From positions 18,290,001 to 18,354,000 of the forward strand of contig OX597823.1 in assembly GCA_951406725.2 (NCBI GenBank): a stretch of DNA of 64,000 nt. Reading direction: 5' to 3'. This stretch comes from Octopus vulgaris (lineage: Eukaryota). This document shows, piece by piece, positions 50,860 through 63,994 of this stretch. Position 1 is the stretch's first letter. The number at the start of each line of letters is the position of its first letter. The notes beneath the pieces were generated by a model that was not told the origin of the DNA, made no database searches, and worked only from the letters and a program-made list of their open reading frames with translations. The position numbers were made by a program, and so were the translations under genes.

Positions 50860-51003
50860 TACCCATTTGCCGTTGAGTGGACTGGAGCAATGTGAAGTGA
50901 AGCATTTTGCTCAAGAATACAATGCACAACCAGTCTGGGAATCGAAACCACAATCTCGTGATCATGAATGCGACACCCTAACAACTACACTATGTGCCTT
51001 CAC
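50860..51003 (-). mobile_element. SINE family D head
   Basis: tRNA-like head then cttgagcaaaatgcttcacttcacattgctccagtccactca. Confidence 0.7.
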
Positions 51004-51589
51004 ATTGTCAGAGTTAATCTTTTGAATTGTGGTTAAGCCAATTCTATGCTGATAGATAACGATCTTGTCCTCATCAGACATGTTCTATGAATATATTTCG
51101 GGATGAGCCATATCAGAGTGTAGGTTAAATACGGGTTCCGTGATAATGGTTGCCAAAGATAATCCTCACCAAAGATAGTCCTCGCCAAAGAGTCAGGTGT
51201 GTTTTAAAACTAAAGACAAAGGTCAACTAGACTAAATGATGTCTACCTTGGACTACTACAACAAAAACAACAACAATAATAGCATCAACCACTTATGCAA
51301 AGCTTCAACATCAACAACTGCAATATCAATATTATCATACCTAAACTAAGCAACATGCTACACTGGCAGCGACAGCAGTGATAACTGCAATAACAGCAAG
51401 AACAACATTAACAGCAAACAACATTTATAGAAAGCAAGTAAATTCAAGTTATTGATACATGTAAAACATTCATATACAATATTTCACAACAATAAAGTCA
51501 TATATATATACATATATAAACAACAGCATCAGCAGTGTGTATATGTGTGTGTGTGTGTAAATATATATACATATATATATATATATATT

Positions 51590-51840
51590 AAAAATTTTAT
51601 AATTATGAGTATAATTATAATTAGGGTTCAGCAAAAATTTTGCTTCACCACATACCAACATGTTGTCTTTTCTTATGGTAGAGAAATAAATAGTTTTAAC
51701 TGCTATTTCTAAATTTCGTTATGTGGTGAAGCAAATTTTTGCTGAGCCCTAATTATAATTATATTCATAATTATAAAAATTTTTGTTTAAGTTTACTGAT
51801 AATGGTTCTTTTAACATAATTAATTTTACCCTTTATTTTA
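51590..51840. mobile_element. Asymmetric hairpin element P2
   Basis: Inverted arms 51590-51785 plus tail, flanked by (TA)n. Confidence 0.8.
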
Positions 51841-51856
51841 TATACATATATATGTA

Positions 51857-51907
<51 letters not shown>

Positions 51908-51909
<2 letters not shown>

Positions 51910-52066
51910 TGAAGTATATTTGCCACTTAAATGTGGCTAACTTTTAAGGGTGGATGCTACTGTAGCTTGTAGCCCCAGGAAGACACCGCCTCCTCCTGGG
52001 GATACAAGCTACAGTAGCATCCACCCTTAAGGGTTATCTACATTTAAGTGGCAAATATACTTCACA
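51908..52066. repeat. Palindrome next to (TA)n
   Basis: gtgaagtatatttgccacttaaatg..ccccagga / tcctgggg..catttaagtggcaaatatacttcac. Confidence 0.85.
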
Positions 52067-52149
52067 ATGTCATGCAGCTACTGTTTATACCTCGCTCAGA
52101 GATTTAATATATATATATAGATATAAAGAGCAGCATTTATGTGTGTGTG

Positions 52150-52200
<51 letters not shown>

Positions 52201-52215
52201 ATATATACATGTATG

Positions 52216-52586
52216 TATAATTGTTAAACAGGACGTCAAACATTAAGGCAAGGCAAACATCTCAAGTCATATACAGTATCATTATAGGAAGAAATTCAAA
52301 CTCTTACAGTATGGGATATTCCATCATCAGAACACTCGGGAATATTCCAGAAACAGCTGTAAGATTTTGAATTTCTTCCTATAATAATATTGTACATGAC
52401 TTGAGATGTTTGCCTTGCCTTAATGTTTGACCTTTTGTTTAACAATTATATATCCGCTGCATCAGAAATCTGCAATGGCCCCATAACTACCATCTCGGCC
52501 ATAATCTTGGAGCCCCAGTAATCCATTACAGCACTTACCTAGCATACCTAATTGTTTAGATCACTTGAAACTAAACCCCCATACTT
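52216..52586. mobile_element. Asymmetric hairpin element P3 with split hammerhead
   Basis: Arms 52216-52450; CTGATGA on minus at 52330-52324, GAAACAGCTGTA on plus at 52350-52361; copy 2 at 63654-63941. Confidence 0.8.
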
Positions 52587-52620
<34 letters not shown>

Positions 52621-52622
<2 letters not shown>

Positions 52623-52903
52623 ACTAATGTAGGATAAAATTTTTTTTTCAAGAAAAAAATTTTATCAATGGCCAGCATATCAAAAAATATCTTTAAAGGT
52701 TAAATTTATAAATAATTTACAAAATAAGGGCAAAAGAAAAAATTCTAATGCCAAATATGCCGAAAAAATGACAAAAATTGTCAATAACCATTATAATTTA
52801 TGCGTCTCAAAACAAGACACATAAATTATAGTGGTTATTGACAATTTTTGTCTTTTTTTCGGCATATTTGGCATTAGAATTTTTTCTTTTGCCCTTATTT
52901 TGT

Positions 52904-52910
<7 letters not shown>
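52621..52910. mobile_element. Asymmetric hairpin element P1, copy 2
   Basis: Reverse orientation of 24732-24995, longer arms and different loop. Confidence 0.85.
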
Positions 52911-52951
<41 letters not shown>

Positions 52952-53490
52952 ATTCATATATGGTTTACTGGAAACAGAAATTGTGTTTTTTATTTCTCCC
53001 ACCAAAACAATTTACTTTTTCTTATAATTCTATGGATAACATGTTTTTTTTCTTTTATTGGTTTCTAAGTCATTCAGTGGCAACCATGCTGGAGCACCAT
53101 CTTCAAATATTTTAGTCAATTATATTGACTCCAGTACTTTCTTACTTACTTTATTGATTACATGATGGGTGAAAAGCTGAATCAACCTGATGTAAAAGGA
53201 CCTGAACTCAGATGGGACTGAAAACCATAAGATTTCTGTTCAATGCACCGGTCTTGTTTTCTTTGGTCATCACACATTTGATAACCCCCCCACACACACA
53301 CACACATGCACACATATGGTATTTGTTTGTGTTTCTGTGTAAAGCCACCAAATACTCTATACACACCAGTTTTAGAAGTTTACGGTGTGTGTCAGTTATA
53401 ATTGTGTTTTGGTAACATAGGAAAAATAGTGAAAACATAATGATGACGATTATGTGTCTATATAAGGCAGCAAACAGGTAGAGTCATTAA

Positions 53491-53712
53491 CCCTTTAGTG
53501 TTCACATTATTCTGCCAAAATTAATGCTTTTTTTATCCACATTGTTTTGAACTAATGATGCCTTCTCTTGTAGCTATGAGATTTTGATGAGGTAGCTGTT
53601 AATTTTTAAAACGATATAGTAGGGTTGGTGTGAGAGACCAGATCTGGCCAGTTTGAACATAAAACAGGTAGAATACTTTTGCCCGGATATGGCTGGTTTA
53701 AATACTAAAGGG
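53491..53712. mobile_element. piggyBac-type MITE
   Basis: TTAA TSD (53487-53490, 53713-53716); TIR ccctttagtgtt / aatactaaaggg. Confidence 0.85.
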
Positions 53713-54139
53713 TTAAACCATCGGATACAATCCTCAACATTGTTTCAAAGTCTATTTCTTCATGCTTCCATTAGTGAGATGAAACATTATTGGGTCAGAG
53801 CAAACAGGACACCTTTCCAGATGCCAACCTAAACTTGTTTTCAAGCAAGGTTGTAATCCCCTGTTCTACTGAACAACAAACCTGGACATGGTTAAATAGA
53901 GAACTGGAAACAAATGACATCAGTTGTAGGAATGGTAAGTCTTTAGCTCACAAAGATCAAAGTGTACCACGAATATCAGACAGGCTTTCATGGTATATTG
54001 CAAGCAAAGCATATGACATTGTCAGTATGAACAGTGAGGCCTTTGTTTGCAATCAGTAAACACCTGTGAAGACAGGTGAGTACAAACTCACTCACAGAAA
54101 TTCACAAATTCCCACACATTATACATATGTACATATTTA

Positions 54140-54431
54140 TCATTATCATCGTCGTTTAATGTTTGCTTTCTATGCTGGCATGGGTTGGACAGTTTGACTG
54201 AGAACTGGCAGGCCAGGACGCTGCACCAGGCTTCAATCTGATATGACAAGTGCTTGACAGTTGAATGGCCTTCCTAATGCCAACCACTCCGAGAGTGTAG
54301 TGGGTGCTTTTTACATGCCACTGACACGGGAACCAGTCAGGCAGCACTGGCATCAGCCATGCTCGAATAGTGCTTTTTATGTGCCACCAGCATGGGTGCC
54401 AGTCAGGTGGCACTGGCATCAGCCACACTCG

Positions 54432-54432
<1 letters not shown>
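54140..54432 (-). mobile_element. RTE 3' UTR fragment
   Basis: Terminal module and two tandem units. Confidence 0.85.
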
Positions 54433-54492
<60 letters not shown>

Positions 54493-55296
54493 TGGGCTTC
54501 TTTAGTTTCCATCTACCAGTTTCACACACAAGGTATTGGTTAACCCACAGCTAAAACAGAGGACAGATTACTGGCCAACAGTAACCACAGAGTGGGATTG
54601 AACCTCAGCTCAGACCAATTGGTTCCATAGCAATCATCTTAACCACACAACCATACCTGCACCAATTTCCATCTTTCTGTACACTGAGTCCAAATAATAT
54701 CAGGGTCAACTTCCAACCTTGATCCTTCCAAAGTTAACAAATAAAAAAGCTAGTTCAATACTTGGGTCAATTCTTCTCCTTCTCCCTCTCCCTCTCTCTC
54801 TTTTTCTCTTTCTTTCTCTATCTCTCTCTCTCTCACACACACACATACACAGGCTTTCTATTTCTCTAGTTCTCTTTCTCTGTGGATTTTACTTGTAACT
54901 CAAAGGTTTAACTTTGTCACATTGTATCACACTGATGTGACCTGAAAAATGCATTACAGATACGTATGTCTGTGGAGTACTCAGCCAGTTGACTGCTCAT
55001 GATCCAGACCAATGGAGAATCAATCACCAAATGGGTGTCTGTCTGTATGTCCGAATTCATACCGATACCACCCTATAAAACTGTTGTTTATGTCATGTCC
55101 CATTATCTCATATAACTTAACAGTTCGATAAATAGATATCAATAAAATAAGCACCAGACTCGAAATAGGTAATGGGGTTGATATGATCGACTAAATCCCT
55201 TGAAGGCAAGTGCCCCAGCAAGGCCACAGTCCACAGACAGAAACCAGTAAAAGGATGAAAGACAGTAAAAGAATAGAAATGCAAGGTTCTACTCAC

Positions 55297-55458
55297 CTCA
55301 TTTTCGCTATGCTCCACTCCTGCCATAGCCTTGGCCACTTCATCCTCCAGGGCAGACATACTGCTGTCTGATATACCTTCGTGAATATCTCCTACTTGAG
55401 CTTCTAACTGTTGTATTTTGTCTTCGAGTGAATACACACTGCAGGCTGCCATGTAGAT
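55297..55458 (-). CDS. Internal exon, MyRIP/melanophilin-like coiled-coil region
   Basis: cacag|ATC..GAG|gtgagt, 162 nt, phase 0; IYMAACSVYSLEDKIQQLE..SALEDEVAKAMAGVEHSENE resembles the recalled MyRIP segment VYLAAGTVYGLE.QL.ELE..LEDQVA.AAAQVHHAE. Confidence 0.9.
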
Positions 55459-55954
55459 CTGTGATAAAGCAACATCAACTGATGAATTACACTTGCCAGG
55501 TTTATGAAAAACTTTAGGAAATGTATTCATTTTCCTTGCTTGATCTTTAAACAGGTTTTTCGTAAAATAAAATTTAAAAAAACAGGTTTCAGGCTTAGAG
55601 TAAAAAATTCCAGAATTTTATAATTTGGGATTTTTTTTTTTTAGTTGTTTTAAAAAGTTAGTATAGTTATTAAAAATATTTTTCTGTTTTTGTTTTTAAG
55701 CAACAAATTTTACCAAAAGTCCTTTTCATGAACCGGAAATATTTTTGTAACTTTAATATAAGCCCTAATATATATGGTTGTTTGTTTGTGTGTGTGTGTG
55801 ATAGTGGTGGTGGTGGGGGTTACATAAAATACTAGATATCACTAAAATGAAAAATGAATATATCTATATTATTTCTTTCCTAGATGTAATTAACTTTCAG
55901 AGTCTGGTTAAGCAGAGACTATTGTTTCTATATGATTGGTTTAAAAAAACCAAC

Positions 55955-56010
<56 letters not shown>

Positions 56011-56852
56011 TAATAATAGAAAAGGAAAGAAAATAGATTATGAATGAATCATATAATCTCAGTTTTTAATTTCTTTTGTTATTTCAATGAATAACCAGCT
56101 TGAATGTTGAGAGGCAGATAGAACTTTCACTGACAAGAAGATTGGATGAAGTCCTTTCTGTGTGTGTGGTAGCAATTTTGCACAAGATTGGCAGCAAGTT
56201 CAGTCAAGTAGGCATCAATATTCCAAAGAATAACAAATAACTTTCAAGTCAAATCCACATTAATCCTCCTTAATTTCCATTCAGGAAGTTTAAACACTGC
56301 GAGATTGATTTTTCTCAGTTAAATATCTAAGTGGGCCTACCCTTGTTTTGTTTTATGTTTTAATTATTTTTAATCCCTTTTATGAAACAAGACTCAATGA
56401 AATAATGTATTTGTTGACCTCCTGTTCATAATGTCTTCATCATATTGAGGCAGAAAGTAGAGATTTGTTGGGGTTTTTTTTAAACAAAACTTTGCTTTTA
56501 TCCTTTACTGTCAAGCTAAAGTTTAAGGAAGACCTCAATAGAATTTGCTAGGAATGTAGCATGACGAAATCCAAATATCCAGTTTTCAGAGGCATAACAA
56601 CACTGTAAGAAACTCTAAAAGACATCCATCAAAATATATTACAGAACACTGTAGAAAGCTGCAGTTATTTGGCTAAAATAAGAAAAATAAAACTTAGAAA
56701 CTTAGATAAAACAAAATTTATCAACAGCCTCTGTTTTTCCCTGCTTAAATTGAATAACATCAGCAAAATAGTTCTTTGCTTGCTAATGTGACATTTGACT
56801 ATGTTGTGAAATGCTTTCCATATATACATCTGTCTGTCTGTCTGTATGTATG

Positions 56853-56901
<49 letters not shown>

Positions 56902-57414
56902 ATTTGTATATACTAGAATATCAAAATACTGATAATACTTTATGTTAGAGATAGGGATTCACTCAATTTAAACAACTCCAGGAATTCATTGGTGCCTAAT
57001 TTACCACTGGACTCTAATTTACCAGCATCATGGGATGGAAGGCAACCTTCACCTCAGTTGCTATTTGAACTCAAACCCAAAACAGCTGAATATTGCAAAG
57101 TGTCTTATTCTCTACTTTGCTGCTAATTCTCTCATCTACTGAATTCGCTTTGATGATGATGATGATCATCATCATCATGATTATTATTATTATTATTATT
57201 ATTATTATTTTTTTTTTTTTAACATATGCACAGTGCTATAAATATTTTGGTGGGAAGAGTATAAAAGCAAAGATCTTGTTTAAAAAGATTACAGCTGCTT
57301 TGTTAGCTTATTAGAGTGTTTTTAAATAACTTATACTATTTGATGTTGTTGCCAATACTGGTGATGCTACTGATGCTGTTTTTGTTGTTGTTGCTGACAG
57401 TAATCTTGATGCTA

Positions 57415-57450
<36 letters not shown>

Positions 57451-57602
57451 TATATGTAGTTCTATTTCAAGACAATTGTTTGTTTTGTTTGTTTAAATTC
57501 CATGAACACGACCATTCTCAATTCTCCAAGTGCAACAAGATGCATGAAACACGTGCATCAAAGCAGATGGATATAGTGTTCTTCCAGTGTTAATGTCTCA
57601 AC

Positions 57603-57650
<48 letters not shown>

Positions 57651-57995
57651 AGGGGGGAACGGAGAGAGAAGAGGGGAAGGTTGAGTTGCCAAATGTACTT
57701 TGCCAGACTATTCCTTCTGGTTGAGAGAGTAAGCCTGGCTAGAACAATGAAAAAAAAAAAAAGCAACAACAAACAAATATAAAAACAAACAAAAAAAAAT
57801 GGAGAGAAAGCAAGGGAAAGACAAACAAGTCATGTGACTTGGAAAAAATAAGGAGAGAAAGAAGGGGTAGGCGAGGATAGGGTTTAAGTTTTAGTTTTAT
57901 GTTTCAAATAGCTCTCCACCCCTAGCAATTAAATAACAAACACACACCACCAAGAAAAAAAAAAGTAAATAATAATAATAATAATAATAATAACG

Positions 57996-58032
<37 letters not shown>

Positions 58033-58106
58033 ATAATAATAATAAAAATGATAATAATAATAAAAATAATAAAAATAATAATAATAATAATAATAAAAAT
58101 AATAAA

Positions 58107-58160
<54 letters not shown>

Positions 58161-58605
58161 AGCATAGATGAAAATGAAGTTAAAAGAAAAAAAAATAGTG
58201 AAAGTAGGGTCAATTTTCTTCCTCAACCGGAAAAAGTCAGCAATTTTTTTTTCCCTTTTTTGCTTTGTTTTTTTTTGGTTTTTTGTTTTTGATCAGTAGC
58301 TGTAAGTTATTTTGACTGTTGCGTTACAGTGTTTAGAACGAGGTGTGGTTTGTTCACACAGTAGCAACTAGGTTAATTCTTGCTCAATCATCAAATAATC
58401 TGGGCCAACTGGCTCGTTTTTTTTCGGGGTGGCAAAAAAATGGAAAAAAAAAAAAAAAAAAAAACAATTACTTCAACCTAGACTGGGATGGAATCAGAGA
58501 GCAGCTAAACTTTGAGTTAAATATCCTTGCAACATTATACACCCTTTTCAATATCAAAATTATTTATACATATTATTTATACATACATATATACATATAT
58601 ATATA

Positions 58606-58790
58606 TCATCATCATCATCATCATCATCGTTTAACGTCCGTTCTCCATGCTAGCATGGGTTGGACAGTTCGACCGGGGATCTGGGAAGCCAGAAGGCTGC
58701 ACCAGGCTCCAGTTTTATCTGGCAATGTTTCTACAGCTGGATGCCCTTCCTAACGCCAACCACTCCGTGAGTGTAGTGGGTGCTTTTTAC

Positions 58791-58792
<2 letters not shown>
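58606..58792 (-). mobile_element. RTE 3' end in (TA)n
   Basis: Terminal module. Confidence 0.85.
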
Positions 58793-58868
<76 letters not shown>

Positions 58869-58879
58869 TTATATATATA

Positions 58880-59090
58880 CTCTTTTACCTGTTTCAGTCA
58901 TTTGACTGTGGCCATGCTGGAGCACCGCCTTTAGTTGAGCAAATCGACGCCAGGATTTATTCTTTGTAAGCTTAGTACTTATTCTATCGGTCTCTTTTGT
59001 CAAACTGCTATTTTATGGAGACGCAAACACACCAGCATGGGTTGTCACATGATGCAGTGGGGACAAACACAGACACACAAACTTATACAC

Positions 59091-59147
<57 letters not shown>

Positions 59148-59320
59148 TATACATATATACGATAAGCTTCTTTCAGCTTCCGTCTACCAAATCCACTCAC
59201 AAGGCTTTGGTTGGCCCGAGGCTATAGTAGAAGACACTTGCCCAAGGTGCCACACAGTGGGACTGAACCTAGAACCATGTAGTTCATAAGCAAGATACTT
59301 ACCTCACAGCCACTCCTACG

Positions 59321-59322
<2 letters not shown>
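58880..59322 (-). mobile_element. SINE family A
   Basis: Full copy. Confidence 0.9.
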
Positions 59323-59360
<38 letters not shown>

Positions 59361-59403
59361 CATATGCATATATATATACACACACACACACACATATATA
59401 TAT

Positions 59404-59765
59404 ATATGGGGTGTGATGGATAAATTGTCACCATTTTATATTTTTAATTTCACGCATGTGCATTGTTTTTGATTTTGTCAACTAGACAGTATAGTAGGGT
59501 CAGTTGGGCACTGTCTGTGAGAAAAACAGCACTATGATGCAATTCATTCTGCCAGAAATTTGGAAACAACGTACTGTACTGCTTGGCATTCACGCCAGAA
59601 GCTCCAATATGAACAGATGGTGAACACACAGAACAACCATTAGCTTGCCATATCCCTCAAACAAGTACTAAGTGTGATAAAAATCAAACATCCAGTCAAC
59701 ATCATAGTGTTTGGAGTGATCACTAGTGATGATGGCATTATACCTCCATTCATCTTCTCACACAT
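59404..59765 (+). mobile_element. Internally deleted Tc1/mariner-superfamily element
   Basis: TA plus TIR-like start; VNTQNNH*LA..KIKHPVNIIVFGVITSDDGIIPPFIF transposase fragment. Confidence 0.7.
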
Positions 59766-59854
59766 CTGTGAATTCAAAGGGCAGCACAAGCATTTGGTAG
59801 TTTGGAGACACATGCTTGGCACTAATGAAATATAAATAACAACACAAAATTGGC

Positions 59855-60325
59855 TCTTTATAAATCATTTGTCCTACAATCCCTGTTCTATTCTTCTGAA
59901 ACATGAATGTGTTACGAAAGACATTTCAAATTGCTAGAACAATTCCACCAAAAATACCTTCACCACATTTCAAACATTGTACTCTAGACACAGATGTCTT
60001 TGCATCTGCAGGCATCGCTTCATTTAAATCAATGATTCTGAAAAACCAAATGAGATGGTCTGGCCATATTGTTCAAATTGCTGATGAACACACACCCAAA
60101 CAGTTGTTTTATGGCGAGTTTACAGAGAGGAAGCACAATTGGTGTTAACCTAAAAAGAGGTTTAAGGACGGCATAAGGACTATCATGAAGTCACTTGGAA
60201 TGGATCCAAAGGCCCTTGCTTCTGACTGAGCTGGATGATGAACAAAGGTGTGGAGTGGAGTGAAAGTGTTTGAGGAGGCCAGGACAACACATGCAAGACT
60301 CAACAGAGATTTAAAGAAGAATATT
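59855..60325 (+). mobile_element. RTE/RTEX-like LINE remnant
   Basis: LEQFHQKYL / QMRWSGHIVQIADEHTPKQLFYGEF..PKKRFKD, with stops and frameshifts. Confidence 0.8.
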
Positions 60326-60346
60326 GTGATCAAGAATAAGACTACA

Positions 60347-60413
<67 letters not shown>

Positions 60414-61027
60414 TTAACCTTAAAAAGGAAAAAAAAAAAATGAACGAACTATTGAGTTTGGTTTAATGGCCTACCAATGTATACTATGAGTTTCTTTGCC
60501 CCAGGAGTCGGGAAGACACTCGGCAAGAAATGAAAGCAAATTTGAAAGAAGAAAAAAAAAAATAATAATAATTGATAGAAAAATCTGCAAGCTATGACTA
60601 AAAAAAAAGGTACTGAAACCTATTTGAAAATGACACCAGGCTTACCATCTACAGGAAGTGCAAAAAAATTGTGTTAACTTGAACGACTCATGTACTGAGA
60701 AGAGCATTATCACTGTGAAAACAACATCCATTCACGAATTTATTTATTTATTAATTTTTTTGAATACATATTTTACCTGTGAATTTGCATGTGTAATCTG
60801 GGAATGCATACAATGAGCTTCTCTGCCCCAGGTGTACGGAAAACAATCGGCAAGAAATAGAAGATTTGAAGAAAGAAGGGGAAAAAAAACAATAATAATA
60901 ATTGGTATTTGGGTGTTCAGTATCTTCCATGATACTTAACATCTACAGGGTGATTCAACAGGTTGTTGTCTGTTCTCACAGAATTAACCAGAGCTAGTAA
61001 GATCGAGGGCTTTGAGAAGTAAAATTA

Positions 61028-61082
<55 letters not shown>

Positions 61083-61094
61083 TTAATAATAAAT

Positions 61095-61636
61095 GCCCTG
61101 ATGCAGTACCAAGTAGTAGCTCTCATAGCTTCTAATCTTAACTGATTGGAAGTGTTATCATGTACATTGTTTTGTCTTTCTATAAAAGATGGGCTACAGC
61201 AAATATTCTGCTCAATACAATAGATTTGCTTGTCAGTTGTTTGACCTTAACCAGTTGAGCATGTCCCTTAGTGGCTGACGATATGTGCATCTCTGATCAC
61301 ATGCAGAAGTAGTGGAGGAGCATCAAAGCCATGTGTTGAGAGGGATTCTTTGGGGTTTGAATAATTCACCTTTGGAAACATGGGTGTTTCGTTCAACATC
61401 CTTAAACAACCCTTATTCAGTGACCTTTTGAGCGGGATGGGTTACTCAACCAGAAGAAAGTTCTAACTGGGCCCCACCTGCAAGGTCATGTGCGGGTTAT
61501 CTTGATATGAGATCACCATGTTGCACACACATGGTTGTGATGCATGTGCCTAGTGTACCCTTATCATGATGGGTATACTGGGCTTTGTATATTTCACCCC
61601 AGTATCATTTTGATGGCAGGCACTGCTCTCTCACTC
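61095..61636 (+). mobile_element. (AAT)n-embedded element copy 3
   Basis: Same ends as copies 1 and 2. Confidence 0.9.
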
Positions 61637-61653
61637 AATAATAATAATAATAA

Positions 61654-61738
<85 letters not shown>

Positions 61739-61800
61739 CAGCCCATGCCATTATAGAAAAGGGAACATAAAATGAATGAATTAATAATAAAGATTCTTAC

Positions 61801-62355
61801 TTTGTCCTCTGTATCTTCAACTTCATGCTTTGTTTTCACAATGTCTCTGCTTCTAACCCCTGGTGTATTAGAGGGTTTGTTAGGGTTCACTTTCTTTGGA
61901 GGGTTGACATAAAAGTCTTTCTTGAAGCGTTCAGCATCAACAGGTCTTAAACCAAAGTTATAACTAGTCACTTCTGAAGGTTTTGCTGAGCTAGAATCCT
62001 TTTGAGTACTGAACAAATCCCTAGAGCCCTCAACCGGAGATTCAGGAACCAATGTAGAGGGTTCTTTGTTTTCATGCTTCTGTTCAGTAACCACATCAGG
62101 TTCAGCTTCAACTTCGATATTCAGCTGATCTGTGGGCTCAAGTTTGTCTTTTGATTCTGTCACACTTGACAACTCATTTATTGGATAGCACACGGTTGGG
62201 TCATCCAGATCATCTGAATTCAAATGATCATTATAATCTGTCGTTGGAATTATATTGTTTTCAGTGTCCTTTTGTTGTTGAACAGCTAGCTCAGCCTTCT
62301 CCAAAATTTCAAGAGCAGTTGACGTTACCTTCCTCATCTTCTCTGCAGCCATTTT
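61801..62355 (-). CDS. Internal exon of MyRIP/melanophilin-like gene (KMAAEKMRK...EDTEDK)
   Basis: ttttttcag|AAA..AAA|gtaaga, 555 nt, phase 0; the junction EDK/IYMAA continues the MyRIP-like alignment; upstream exons lie outside the window. Confidence 0.9.
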
Positions 62356-62513
62356 CTGAAAAAAGAATCAAGTGGATAAAAGAAATTTTAAAAACAAGGA
62401 TATTCACAGAGAATTGGTAAGTTGATGGTGGTCTCTTGGCATAAATGTGGGTGAGAAATAAATATGAAACAATTAGATTATGTGAATGTGTGATGAGGAC
62501 AAAATGAGATTAA

Positions 62514-62734
62514 CCCTTTCGTTACCAACACGGCTGAAACCGGCTCTGGCTCTTTAGTATAAATGTCTTGTTTTCATAAGTTTTGAATCCAAATCTTCCA
62601 CCAAATCTTAGTCACAATTTATGTTCCTAACACTAGCTTAATGATAACGATGTTATTTTACTAAATTCTTTGTTATATTTAAAATAATAGGAAGAAACAC
62701 AGAGCATCTCAAAATAAATACAGTAACAAAAGGG
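62514..62734. mobile_element. piggyBac-type MITE
   Basis: TTAA TSD (62510-62513, 62735-62738); TIR ccctttcgttac / gtaacaaaaggg. Confidence 0.85.
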
Positions 62735-63240
62735 TTAATGTTTCAAATGGCAATATTGCTGGAGGAAATTGCAGCATCATTGTAATATCATTGTATATTA
62801 CTTCAATGCCATTGCATATCATCTTTATTATATACCATTTCAATATGATATTGCATACCATATTAATACATAAACTTCAGTTGTAAATGTATATCAGGCA
62901 CGTGCCATCAATAATTACTCAGGATAAGCAGTTGGTAACCTTTATGTAATAAAACACACAATAATAAGCAAAAACACAGGCGCGCGAGTGAGTTGTAGGC
63001 AGATTTATATCTGCCTCTATAGCACATAAAGAAAATCTTGTTGTAGGAATGTACGTGGCATGTGTACTACAGTGTTATTGGGCCAACAGATTTTGGGATC
63101 TAACGATATGCTATAAGCTAAACCCTTTATGGACGGGAAACCTCAGATAATCCCATAAACCAGCCTTCCCCACTTATAATATATACTGCCCTATATCTTA
63201 TCGTGCGCTTCTTTCAGATTTATGTTTCTTACAGACGATC

Positions 63241-63278
<38 letters not shown>

Positions 63279-63281
<3 letters not shown>

Positions 63282-63620
63282 TCATCATCATTGTTTAACG
63301 TCTGTTTTTCGTGCTAGCATGGGTTGGATGGTTCAACCGGGGTCTGGGAAGCCAGAAGGCTGCACCAGGCTCCAGTCTGATCTGGCAGTGTTTCTACAGC
63401 TGGATCCCCTTCCTAATGCCAACCACTCTATGAGTGTAGTCGGTGCTTTTTACGTGCCACTGGCACAGGTGCCAGGGGAGGCTGGCAGCGGCCACGATCA
63501 GTTGGTGCTTATTACGTGCCGCCGGCACGAACCCAGTCAAGGTGGCGCTGGCATCAGCCACATTCAGATGGTGCTTTTTATGTGTCACCGGCACAGGTAT
63601 CACAACTACAATTTCCATTT
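63279..63620 (-). mobile_element. RTE 3' UTR fragment
   Basis: Terminal module and tandem units. Confidence 0.85.
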
Positions 63621-63653
63621 GATATTCAATTTGATGTTATATATATATATATA

Positions 63654-63935
63654 CAAAGTACGGGGGTTTAGTTCACAGGTGATCTAAATGATTAGGTACA
63701 CTAGGTAAGTGCTGTAACAGATTTCTAGGGCTCCAAAGTTATAGCTGAGATGGTAGTTATGGAGCCATTGCAGATTTCTGGTATAGTGGATATATAATTG
63801 TTAAAGAGGACAACAAATATTAAGGCAAGGCAAGGCAAGCATCTCAAATGATATACATTATTATTTTTTCCAGTAATAACTATGTATATGACTTGATACG
63901 TTTGCCTTCCTTTAACATTTGTTATCCTCTTTAAC

Positions 63936-63941
<6 letters not shown>
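63654..63941. mobile_element. Asymmetric hairpin element P3, copy 2
   Basis: Reverse orientation of 52216-52586 with shorter arms (63793-63940); (TA)n flanks. Confidence 0.8.
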
Positions 63942-63994
<53 letters not shown>

